A DNA stretch of 51,326 nt, the filler included, from Trypethelium eluteriae (lineage: Eukaryota): NCBI GenBank assembly GCA_051942245.1. It is 2 parts of 2 records of this genome, joined end to end, with 100 filler letters (N's around TTAATTAATTAA, not from the genome) between each part and the next. Parts side by side here need not be neighbours in the genome. Positions count along the whole stretch, not along the records: positions 1 to 25,617 come from JAVECL010000366.1; 1 more part is not named here. One strand, given 5' to 3'. The notes beneath the pieces are model-generated. The model ran no database searches. It saw nothing but the letters and a program-made list of their open reading frames with translations, and had not been told where the DNA came from. A program made the translations under genes and the position numbers. Positions within the stretch are counted from its first letter, which is position 1. Every line of letters begins with the position of its first letter. Positions 1 to 12,097 of this stretch are shown piece by piece.

Positions 1-882
1 GTAGGGCATTGGGACGCCGATCTGGAGGATGCTGGGTAGTTGGGATTGTTGGGGGATGTTCATGCCGAGTTGTTGCTGGCCTGGGGGCATCATTTGCGTG
101 GTCGAGGTGGCTGCCATGCTCTGGCCCTGCTGCGGTATCTGAGCCATCTGAGCGGGATTTTGGTAGGGGACCATAGGTTGGGTGCCAGCTTGGGGAATAC
201 CGGTTTGCTGCATGTTGGGACCGCCCTCGACCTGGGCTTCTTGGTATGGGTACTCGAAGTCTACGTCGTCGTCTTCCTCGGTGTTGTGGCTTGGCCTTCC
301 CATTTGGGATGCCGGTTCCGAGGGGGCAACGGAAGATGGTGGTCCTCGTCGTCCGCCCTGAGGTCGAGGCGTCGATGGGCCAGCTGGAGTTTTCCCGCCA
401 AATCCAGGACTTCCAAGCTGCTGGGGGACGCCACGCTGTCGTTGAGGCTGCATTTGCTGCGGCATTGTGTTGCCTCCGTACTGCTGAGGAACACCTTGCT
501 GTGCAGGTTGCATGGGGGGAGACATGGAGCTCTGGATGCCAGGCCGCGGTCTCTGAACTGCGCTGGCTTGGCGAGAGGATTCAGCTCTAGGATTATAGGA
601 TGTGGAATGCGGCATATCGATTTCCGCATAGCCTGGAGGCGGCGCGTCTGGAATCTGTTGCTGATGTGCCGATGGGTTGTACTTCTGGTCTGTCGGAAAT
701 CCGTGCGGACCAGTTGGACCTACTTCTTGTTAATTTATATTAGCGAATTGCGACTACTCTGGCAGATTACCTGTGCGCTGTCGACCACTCTCCTGACCTG
801 TTGAACTCTGGTTGGCGCTTGGTCTACTTTGACCACCCGGATTTCTTTTCTTTCCGGCTTGAGGATTACCAAAGAGCTTCAT
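1..882 (-). CDS. Gln/Pro/Gly-rich hypothetical protein; 3' end lies outside the window
   Basis: ATG at 882 gives MKLFGNPQAGKKRNPGG. An intron at 770-720 (GTAATC..GCTAAT..TAG) follows. Exon 2 stays open to base 1 (..QQIPDAPPPGYAEIDMP..QQLGMNIPQQSQLP..). The + ORF 40..804 is its antisense shadow. Confidence 0.7.
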
Positions 883-2196
883 GACAACAACCGGCAGGTA
901 TACAAGCAAGGTTGAGATGCAGAATGACTGTAGTACGACACGTACAGTGATGGCTTCAAGCTTCGTTAACGAAAGAGCGGAGTCTTCAAAGAAGGCAGAT
1001 GTAGTAAGAAAATGTTAAGGAGTCGAGGTGCATTTTATATCTTCGTCACACATTGCTCGCTCAGGTTCAGTACGACCATGCGCCAAAGCCTCGTTTGTGG
1101 TAATATTACTTTCCCTGAAACCTAGTATATTACAAGCCCTCGAACGATCAGTGAAAGACTTTCCTCGGTCATGCCGGAGCTGCCATCACCATGATGACTC
1201 CACGCTGGAGCTTGATCAATACCCTGCACAACATATCAGGTGCTTCAATGTGAGCCAACGACTCGCTGAAGCGTAATCGAGTACCCGCTGGTCGAGGGGT
1301 TATGAAGGTAGATCCGAGAGGTCGCGTGTCTGATATTTCTTTCAGGCACTCAGTAACTCAAGGGTATGACGAACATGCAAAGAAATCACGTATCAGAAAA
1401 TTGACCAACCCAGCGACACTTGTTCTTTTTACAGAATTTGTGCATCAGTACAGATATGAGCCAATCAATTTCTAGATTTATAGCGTTAGGAATGCAATGT
1501 TTGATATTCTTAAGGCAATCTAATGGTGCTCAGCCTATGTCCTACACGGCGTGACTAATATCAAAATAATCGGACAGTGACTAAATGCTGTTGACAGCAA
1601 GTGAGGTTACACAAGGTGGCGAGGGTTCTGTGAGGCGTTATTTATTTAGGGTTCGGCGTGAGCAGGGCGAGCAGGTGGAGGTGGAGATGTCGTTGGAGAC
1701 TGGAGATGGCAGAAAACGGAAGCTCGGCCGGTCGGACTAGAGTAGAGCCGCGACAGACGGAGAACAGCACCTGGACAGGCTCGCGGTGCTCGACTTTTCT
1801 CTTCGCGCCCTCCACCAGCATTGCCATCTGCACCGACTGCCAGACCCTTCCCTTCATCCCCCACTGTCGACTCATAGCTTCTGCAATTCACTTACTAGCC
1901 ACTGCTTAACTGCGTCTGTTCCATCCGCCTCCGCCACCCTTTTGCACTTGTACCACACTAATAAGCACACGCGCCTATTGTAATAGCCTCCGCATTTTCT
2001 CATTGCTCGTGCCTGAATTGGTCCTTGTGGTGAGCATCTCCTCCTATTCGCTTCTGAACGCTCATGCTCACTCGTCCTTCCAGACCAAAATACCTCCTCA
2101 CCCATCACCTATTCACGAATCACTCACAGACCCCTTAAGAGTACCTCTGCTCCCGCTTCTGACTAAACAATTCCCCCCATCGCTCAAAGATCCATA

Positions 2197-4102
2197 ATGG
2201 CAACCGAACAACCCACAGTGCCTATCAATGGCAATTACGCCCCGCAACAGACACAGGCTTACGGCGCTGCCGAACTTAGTTACAATCCTCAAGTTACAAC
2301 CACTTCGGCCTCCGCCGCTACCAGTTATGGTGAAGTTCCCCCACCTACAGGAAATACTACAGCTTCCGGAAATAGCAACTCGGCTGGCCTACCCAGCGAT
2401 GAAGTTGGTTGGTACTTTGTCGAGCGGTACTACACGACTTTGAGTCGGCAACCTGAGAAACTCTTTGTAAGTAGCACCTCCCTCGAACAATGCGAACGCG
2501 GAACACCAGCTGACAACGCATAGCTTTTTTACCAAAAGCGTTCACAATTTGTCTCTGGAGTCGAGGCGGAGAAGGCTCCCGTATGCGTTGGACAGAAGGT
2601 TGGTGCAGTGATCACCACTATAATTCGACCGTCAACTTGCTAACGTGGGCTTCTAGGCAATTAATGACCGCATAAAAGAACTCGATATCCAAGACTGTAA
2701 AGTTCGCGTGACCAACGTCGATTCCCAAAGCTCAGATGAGAATATCGTCATCCAAGTTATTGGCGAAATCTCTAATAAATCCGCTCCACACAGAAAATTC
2801 ACACAGACATTCGTACTTGCCAAGCAAACGAATGGCTACTTCGTCCTCAATGATATCTTCAGGTACATAATCGAAGACGAGGAATTTGAAGGCACTGGCG
2901 AGAGCGAAGAGTTACAGCAAAACCAAGCCGTTCCCAGCGGCATCCAAGAGCCGATACCTAGCACAGAGGAGACGGAGCCCAGGACTCTTACGAGTTCTGA
3001 CGATCCAGCTGCTCAGGAGGCCGATGCGGCCCAAGTCGACAGAGAACTCGAACAGAAGGTGTTGAAAGAAGATGCCATGGAGCTTGGAGAATCAGATCCC
3101 CCTGTCAACGGTGCTGCGAATACTGAGGATGCCGGAAGTGTTCAGCATACTGAGGACGCCCCAGCTGTAGCTGCTCCAGCTGTTCCGGAAGAGACTGATC
3201 CTGCAGCAGACACCGAAACAGCTCCGGCAGCTCCAGAATTCGAAGCTGAGAAACCTAAGGCTCCCGAGCCGACTCCAATTGCCTCACCACCTCCAGCTTC
3301 AACAGCTCCACCAGTCGTCACTGCCCCTCCGCCAAAGCCAGCAGCACCCAAGGCTTGGGCAAACGTTGCTCCAGCTGCCCCCAAGACTTGGGCCAATCTT
3401 GCTGCTGCAGCAAACAATCGGATCGCTACGCCAGCCACCCCGGCTGTCCAACCGACTCCGTCTCCAGCTGCAAATCAGGCCAAACAGACGCCTCCTGCAC
3501 CACCCTCCACCACGAATGCTCCGACAGGACCAGCGGCTCAAACTACGTCCAACGAGGCAGCAGCGGCCGGAAGCCCCCAAGACGAGTGGCAGTCTGTCAA
3601 CCATGAACACAACAAGCGGCAACCCCGGGCTCAGCCGGCCCAAAGCGAACAACCAAATTCACGCGCTTACATTAAGAATGTCTACGAGAGTGTTGATGGC
3701 GATGAGCTCAAGAAAACGCTCGAGAAATACGGAGAAATAGCTTACTTTGACATTAGCCGACAGAAAGTGAGTTTTTTGATCCTCATCTTCATGCTCTGAG
3801 ATGCTAATTCGAGTCAGAATTGTGCCTTTGTCGATTTTGCCACTCCTGCCGGTTACCAAGCCGCTGTCGCCGCCAATCCTCACGTCCTTGGCAATGATCG
3901 TATCTTTGTGGAAGAACGCCGTCTACGTCCAGGATCATACCCATATGTTCCCCGTGGAAGAGGCGACATGAGAGGCGGCCGTGGCGGGAACGGTCCTCGT
4001 GATGGTGGGCGTGGAGGCTTCCAGCAGAAACCTGCCTTCGCCCCAAGAGGTCGCGGCGCGAACGTTGGAGCGCGCGGCCGAGGCGCTGCCCAGGCAGCTT
4101 AG
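2197..4102 (+). CDS. NTF2-like + RRM + RGG protein (G3BP/Bre5/Nxt3 family)
   Basis: NTF2 motifs EVGWYFVERYY and RKFTQTFVLAKQTNGYFVLNDIFRY, an acidic/Pro-rich linker, an RRM (AYIKNV..NCAFVDF) and an RGG tail. Introns at 2467-2523, 2599-2656 and 3767-3817. Confidence 0.93.
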
Positions 4103-5171
4103 AATGGATTTTCATTCCCGTGCTATTGGTGCCCAGGATCCTCTCATCCACTTTCGCATGAGCAGTCCAACTTTTGAATGGCTTTTGGCCAAACATGCTC
4201 AAACTCGTCACTGGCTTATTGTGGACTGCCGGTCGTTGCTAAATGCGGCGGTCGATGTTCACACTGCCTGCAGGCTTTTACAGCATACTAACTTTCACCA
4301 TACACTGTACACCATTTTCTAATTGTTCAATACGGCGTTGTATCCTGCTAAAAGTGTTCAGCATCTGTGCCGGCCATTTGTTCAAGGGCATAGCGTTGCG
4401 GCCCATTTGCTGCTTCTTCATTCGATCAACATTTTACGACTGTTGATGGGGCCTTAGTCGCGACTTCTTCGTGTATCACTTTTTATCCCGGTTTTCATGG
4501 CACAACAACTTTTACCGACATTCGTATCGATACCAATCATCGACAGCTCCTTCTCGGAGGCCTTATACACTTCGACTTTGCTCTAGCTTTCATCATCTCT
4601 TCTTCGGAGCTTATTGCTTGCTGTGGAGGTTGGACAAGGATGAGGTACCTAGGCTGGAAGATCTCCCCGAGTGGGAAGAATGATCGTGCAAATACAATTC
4701 AAAACTGCTTAGATAGGCCAGACGACATTTCTTGGAATCATAGTATATCAGTCTAGATCATGAGTAAATGATTGGGCATATATCCAGTGATCTGATTCTT
4801 TCCTACGGGTGAAATGTGAACGATAACAATGCAAGGGTGTAGCCAGGATGTCCGATGACCGATCCACTATCATTTGGACCCTGAACTCACGAGTACCATG
4901 ACATCGACCAACTTCATCCAAGAAATGACCTTCACTTGCTGACCATCGTGTTGAAAATTGTTCCATATTGCAGGACTGCAACAGTGTCTTTCTATGACTA
5001 CCCATTCCCAGCGCTCATTAGAATCTTTTGCTGGCATAGTGGGGCTACTGAGGGGTACCTCGAGCTTATTGCACGTCATCGAATCTCCTTCAGTGGTTCA
5101 GGTCGCAGGAAATCCATCCAAGAAGCCCGCACGAAAGACTTACGAACAGGAAGTTTCCGCGAAAACGGGAA

Positions 5172-7593
5172 ATGGGACCTGCTACCGATAAAGACCTCCC
5201 GGCGCCGCATTCTCGCAAGCAAAGTATTACAGGCACCCCACCTCCAAGGCCTCCCTCAGGAGCACCAACAACATTCTTTCTGAAAAGAGAGGAGGATATG
5301 AATAATACATCAAGCGTGGAAGACGTGCAAGCGGCAGAGACATCTCCTGCAACTGTCAGGGACAGCTCATACGGTGTTCAAAGCCTTGAGGATGCTATAG
5401 GTTCAGCATTCCTGGAGAATGGCGAAGGTGAAAAAGACGGCCACAAGGGTACGGTATTGGGTAAGAGAAAGTCACCTAAGAATCCAGTCCATCCAAAGAT
5501 TATTGCTGCGGCGCAGCGCATCATCTCCCCTGAAAGTCCAAGGGCTGCCTCGAGTCTCGCTTCATCGCCTTCCCAAAATAGTGGTCGACGGTCGTCTCAG
5601 ATATCGATCTCCCAGCCTCTAACCCCGTTTCGCCTTTCCCCCACCCCAGGGTCAGGAGCTCCTAGCTCGCCAAAAACGGGTTCCTTGAAGTCGTTGAAGC
5701 TCTCCGATGATGAGTCTGCAGCAGATGATACTGAAAGTCAAGCAGTCGAATCAGGAAATGAGGATGAGCACGACCACAATGAGGAAAATTCTCTGGTGCA
5801 GCCAGCCAAGGCCCCTCAGCTGGTCATGCCCAGTATTAAGATGCCAACAAGGCGACCGTTCACTGATCGAGGGAAGCGTATAGGCAAATTGAAGATCCTT
5901 GTGGCTGGTCCAGCTGGTATGTACATCTGTTCATCTCACATTCAATTTGACAAGAACCAGCACTGACTCCGACTTTAGGGACTGGCAAGACTTCGCTGAT
6001 TCGATCTATAATGCAGTGCTGCGAGGATATCGTACACGTTGACCCACTTCCCACAAGCCAATCAACGTCTCAAATCAATGAGAAAAGCCCAAAATCGTCT
6101 CAGTCAAAGGAAAGGCCCGCGTCTACCTCGGTTTTCTCTGAGGTTCACGCCAGCACACGGTCATATCCTGCTTGGTGGACAGAAGACGAAGAAAGTAAGA
6201 CGATTCGTCGACGAAAGAGCATGGGAGATGCTGTGTTAGAGAGGAATATTTGCTTTGTCGATGCTCCTAGCTACACTGGCTACGAGACGTCACTTCCGAA
6301 TCTGGAACCTACTATACAATATATCGATCGCCTGTTGCACCGAAATGTCGCATTCAAAAGCCTCACCGACTCTGAATTACTAGACATGCTAAGCGGTAAT
6401 GGAGGTGTCCAGGTAGATCTGATATTACTTGTACTCAGCCATGGTAAGCTCATCCCACTTTGCTTCGATTTTTGTTTCTCATTCTGCATACAGAAGGGCA
6501 CAATGCCGAGGACATAAGTATGATCTCACGTTTATGCCAAATGACGAATGTCATACCGGTCATCGGCAAGGCCGATATGATTGGACCTGAAACAGTTGCT
6601 TCACTCAAGGTCCGGCTCCTGGAAGATCTAAGCGATGCCGACGTACAGCCCTTTCTCTTTGGCAAGAGCATCGAAGAATGTCAGAAAGAGCCGTTGCAGT
6701 CCCCACCATTCGTTGTCTCTTCTGCGCCTGGCAGCGATGCTGAAACCATGGATGCAAGTCTACTCATGAGTTCAGAATACATGCAACCCTTACTTCCTTC
6801 AGAACTCTATACTTTGGTCGACCAGATATTCGAGCCGGACAACGCCGCCTGGCTACGACATTCAGCAGCACGGAAATTTCTTCAATGGCGGTCCACACGC
6901 GACGGCAAGAGTATGCTCATGAACAAGCCCACGCCAACGCATGCAGGGGGAACAACATTCGAGATAGACTCCGCCCGAAAGAAAGGCCCCTCTAATATTA
7001 CATCCCCAGACATATCACGATCTTCATCCTCTTCCCAAGACCACTTACTTCCTTCATCATCTCGCTCCTTGTCTCCAGCAGCATCGTTACCTCCTCACGA
7101 CCAACATCAAAACGCCCTCACTCTCCTCACCAACCGGCCTCAACGCGAGGAACATCTCGCACAGGTCCGCCTGGCAAAATGGGCAACAGACCTTCAGCGG
7201 AGCCTCCAGAACGAGCGTGACCGGTACGAACGACTCGCCCGTGGCGAGCCCACGAGCTATCTCATGGACAAGCTTGAGGAGTGTAATGCTGGGCCTACTG
7301 CAGTGGAGCAGGAAGGCATGCTCGTGCGAACAAAGGATGGTGCTATGGGGCGCAGAAGGACGGGGAGATTGCCGAGAGGACCGATTCAAGATGCCCGGGA
7401 TCCGTTGGGTCTGCTGGGTTGGGCAGATCAGGTAGGGCAGAAGGGATGGCTTGTGGTGCAGGTGCTGGGGGGATGTGGGATCGCGGGGGCGCTGGCCATG
7501 TGGATCTGGAGGAGCTGGGGTGAGAGTTCAAACTCGTGGTTTAGCAGTGTGGGGCTGGATAATTGGGGGGCGTGGTCGTTTGTGGAGAGGTAG
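5172..7593 (+). CDS. Septin-related P-loop NTPase-fold protein with C-terminal hydrophobic helix
   Basis: Spliced G1 motif LKILVAGPAGTGKTS, ICFVDAPSY at the G3 position, septin-like G4 NVIPVIGKAD, and tail WLVVQVLGGCGIAGALAMWIW. Introns at 5917-5978 and 6444-6493. Confidence 0.8.
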
Positions 7594-9504
7594 ATGCAGT
7601 AGATCATCAGACGGTCAAGGGTGAGCCGCATTGTCTTCGGAGATTTTACATGCGGGACTGGGGATTCGGATTCGGCTGGCTATTCAACTCAGTAGTAGTT
7701 CATTCTCTTCAAGCTGATCCGACATACATGTGTAGACGGTAGTTTTCTAGTTCGGTCGATCATTACAATTATCCCGCGCCAGAGAAAATTCTGTCGGAAT
7801 CGACAATGGAAGCTAATTTTAGACGCTACCGGGACTTGCACATTCGGGCGAAACATATAATTGAGAAAGAAACGGCACCTCATTGCGTTCTATATTGCAA
7901 GTGACGTATAGTTCCTCACCCATGAGTCAAGAACTTTTTCCCACCAAGCTAGACCAGGAAGCCCGAAATATCGCCGATCAACAAACAAGCTTGAATGGAG
8001 ATGATCTTGTGGGGCTGGAGAATCAATGGTTTAGAGACGGCTCTACCTAGCTCACAGCCATCCAGTCCAGTCTTGACAAGGCCGATCCGTCTTCATGGCT
8101 GTGACTAATATCGACATCTGCTCAACAGAACGTTTGCAGACAACAGACAAACCCCTCCTGTGGGCTACTTACGGGATGAGACACGCCGCCCATTACTTGG
8201 CCTTGTACGATTGGATATGGAGGGTGGAGGGGTTGGAGGGCGTCTGTACGGTCACCTGCGCACTAAGCCTTCACCTCAGCAACGAGACGCAGTGTGGTGA
8301 GTGTACAGATTGGCTTGCATGTCTTTAAAGTGGAGCTCCCTCGGTAAAGCACAGTTGAGAGGTCCTGTCTCGATGCGGTACGGAGTACGTCGCCCTAAAA
8401 TCTAGATTTTGAGAAAAATAAAGACATACTTAGCATGGAGTCTGGCAGAACAGCAGCGGGTCGCCTCTTCTCCCTGCAGAGGCGGTCCATGTTGTGGAGG
8501 CGGCACGCAGGGCAATCCAGATACGCGATGCAGGTGATGAAGCCGGTTGCCTCGTGGCCAGCCGGAAAAGATTGTCAGAAGGGGCATGGTGACGCGCAGC
8601 CTCGTGGCGACGTGGGGGAGAAAGGATGCAAGCCGCGAGGTCCCGTCGTCGCAGAAACAGCTCTCGAGGCCGGCCAGGAGAAGCCTGAACCTGATCCCAG
8701 CAACGCCACCTGTTTTGCCCTGCTCTCTTCCCTCCAAGCCGTCCACGTTGCTAGGCTTTGTTGGTAGGCTTCCAGCCCCTAAAACAAGCAAACCCGTCTC
8801 GTCCGAGCTATCGCGATGTCGCATGCCATTGGGGCGTATTCGATAATAGCACTAGCCAGCTTTGCTCTGCTGCAGCTTCTGGGCCACCAGGGAGGCCGAA
8901 GTCAGCCTCTACGCTGACGCTGCGGAGAGGGGCAGACTCGGACGCGCGGTAGTTAGCTAGTAACAGGGGAGTAGAAATAGAGGCCAGGTACCCACCGGCC
9001 ATCTACTCTGTATACCAGGCAAACTATCCAGACATCAAACCGTCCATCACGCCGTGAGTGTACCCTGAACGCGCAACGACGTCAGCACCGAACGCGATCG
9101 AGGGCTTCGCGAGTTTGATTGCTTCCAATCCTGGTGAAGATCCAGTGTCATACCCCCTGAGGCAGAGACCCTTCCCACTCTCCTGACTCGATACGTGTGC
9201 GATTGCGAGTGAACCGCAACAAATCCCGAAACACAGGATCGGCAGACATTACACAACGCCCAGTGGCCCTGCCGCTCCGCCTCCCCTAGACGCCTTACGT
9301 GCCTTTTCCCTACCTTACTCTCCAACCTGACGATTTTACGACAACTGTCACCTCTACGTTCCTTTTTGACATTAATCCTTCGTTTTTCGGAACGACAATC
9401 GAACATCGACTCCGAAAAGGTCTGAGAAATCCTCTTGAACGACACGAGTCTCTGACGACCGTCGTCCTTCCTCCCACCATCCTCAAGTCTCCCAAATCGT
9501 CACA

Positions 9505-10026
9505 ATGGGTCGCTCGCTAGAATCATCACGACCAATGCTCAACTCCGTAAGCAGCCCCCAACCACTGCCTCCTACATTACGAAAGAACCTACATACACCT
9601 ACAGTCAACGTCTCCATCCTCGCCAGTAGCACCACATCCCCACTTCCCTGCAGCTCCTCTCACCCTCAAAGAAGTCAGGCCCCTATACACTAACACCTCC
9701 AGAAGACCCCACTCTCCTCCAACCGCGCCTCCACCCGCTTCTCCACCTACAGCGGCGCCCCCTCCCTCGCCGCCTCCACCACCACCACAACGTCGACCGC
9801 CGACCCGCGGAGCGCCGAAATCAAGACCTGGTCGCGGAGCTTCGACCGACTGGAAGACAAGCGGCTGGCGTCGCAGCGCTACGTCCCCTCGGCGCAGAAG
9901 GACGGCGACATGAGCAAGCTTGCGCTTGGGGCGAAGCTGGATCGGGCGCTGGGAAGGCGGATGAGCGGGCAGGATGCGGTGTACCGACCTCGGACAACGA
10001 CGAAGTTGGTGAGTGAGAAGGTGTAG
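9505..10026 (+). CDS. Small hypothetical fungal protein (about 120 aa)
   Basis: Exon 1 MGRSLESSRPMLNS, donor GTAAGC at 9547, branch CTAAC and CAG acceptor at 9702. The last exon reads KTPLSSNRASTRFSTYSG..FDRLEDKRLASQRYVPS..KLALGAKLDRALGRRMSGQDAV..EKV*. Strong GC3 bias. The last exon is absent from the ORF track. Confidence 0.75.
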
Positions 10027-10374
10027 AGTGTGGGCGTGTTTTCCGTGAGGGAATCGAGCGTGAGGAGATGCATGTGGAGATGCAGATGGAGATACCCCCG
10101 AGAATGAAGTGTTTGATGTGGAGTGGAAGGAAATGAAATGAGATTGTGGAGATGTCACTTTGCTTGTTTATTTCGAGTGTACGGCCTGTTGGAGGAGCAT
10201 ATATCCTCTGTGAGATGTGCGAGAGGCAGACAGGTCAGCAGCGACGGTACATGATAGCGTCGACGCTACGGCATCTCGCGTTTCTTTCACCACTATCTCA
10301 TTTTCCTTTCGTTGGACCTGCATCGGGCGGTACACTCACTGTGGAGCACTTCTTTGCTACTGAATGAGTGGTGG

Positions 10375-10862
10375 ATGCTGGTGCGTTCAGGCGCAGTTTT
10401 CTTAACCGGATGTATAAGTTCTAGGCAATAGGGGAGTTTTTTGAAATTGCAGTTTTCAGTCACCAACGGTTTTCCCATTTCTTTCTTCGCACAAACATCA
10501 GAATACTTGGTTTTTCTCCAGTCTGGGCAAACGTGCAACTCGTCGATACTACGAGGCTCAAATGGAACACGCTGTTTGGTTGGCGGGGCCCGTTGAGACG
10601 TGGAAGCTGGTTTCCTTACGTTGGACTGGTCCCTAAGCGCCATCAAGGTGAAAGCAATCTCCCAAAAATCCCGAGGTCCTTGTTCAGGGACATGGCCATG
10701 GCATACGCAGCTAAAGTGAGTCCACCAACACTGTGATTGACATTTGACTGATACGAGAATAATGGCTTGGTCTAGGAACTGAAGCATTTCAATGAGACTC
10801 ATGGGCCAGCGAGAGAAATGTTTGACTGGACTATTAGCAACGCGATATTATTCCTGATGTGA
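10375..10862 (+). CDS. Possible small orphan gene
   Basis: Two intron-like segments, 10381-10423 (GTGCGT..CTTAAC..TAG) and 10716-10775 (GTGAGT..CTGAT..TAG), join an open frame of about 127 aa. No recognisable domain. Confidence 0.3.
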
Positions 10863-12097
10863 TCTGTTTGCATTCCAGTTTGGTAGCAGGGCGGCCTCAT
10901 TGCCGAAGCATTGAAGCAGCATAGAATTGCTCGATGTTCACATTTCAACGATCACCAGCCATAGGAAATCTTCTTCATTGACAGATTGTCCTCTCTGCGA
11001 GAATTCTACGAATCCAGCTGGACTACTTAAATACTCATAAAGTTGGGCCGCTGGTTGGGTGAGAACCTCCAGGAAATACTTCGCTGTTCCAATACTCCTT
11101 GCCACATGCACTCTACATATGCGCGATGCGACCAATCGACTCCGTACGATTCTCTGGCCAATGGTAGGGACTACAAAGGGAATGCCACCCAATTTTATTC
11201 GCCCTAGGCTTCGAAAACACGCACACGAGCTGTAATGAGGCCTCTAAGAAATCAGCGTTGGTTGCAATCCAGGCCTTTCCACTAAGTTCCGTGAACAACT
11301 GCACGTGAGTTTTATGTGCCTCTTTCACTACAATGACGTGAGATCAGAGTTTGAGATTACACACACACGTCGTTGCGCACGACGTTGAGTGACCCTTCCC
11401 GCCGTTTCGTTCTGGAAACTTTTATTGCCTTCCGTTGCTCGCGGAGTCTCCGTTACCAGATAACGGGAGCATTCTTACTCCAACGACACCATATGCCTGC
11501 CTCAATTGACACATGCAGTTTTGCTTGAAACATTAGATGAGGCCACCCACGCTCATTTGCACCACAATTCTTCCATTTCAAGTTCTCGAGCCAGCTTTCC
11601 CCTCATTCAAGGTCCACATACGTGGACAGGCAACTATCGTCCTTCACACGTCAAAACAATAATCCTGTCCGTCAAGATGTTCTTCTGACACTTCAAATCG
11701 CCATCTTCTGGATCCAAGTACTCGACATATCTTGCAACGACCTCCGCATCTCCTCCCAACAAGTGGAGCGATATGGCCGTGACCATGGTATCTGTCGGAA
11801 CCCTATACTTGAGGACTACGAGTCGTCTTGAAAGAGGAGGTAGGCACATTTTTCTGTCGCTATCCTTTTCCGTGTCCGTTGATAGGGTCCGTTCGATGTA
11901 CATTCTTCTGCTTCACTGACTGTGCAACGTACTTCGGGATAATAATGGACCCCATCCACTGTTTTCGGCTTCATCTCTGACCTGCTTTACGTGCCGTATG
12001 AGCGCCGAAGGTGGAGTTATCGGGGGGGTATATCAAGTCTCCAATTCCCCGGGAAACAGGTGCCCAGCAGAGCTTTCTCTGTTGCAGGGCGAGAGAT

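Noticed and set aside
40..804. 254-aa + strand ORF
   Set aside because: It is the antisense shadow of the spliced Gln/Pro-rich gene on the minus strand.
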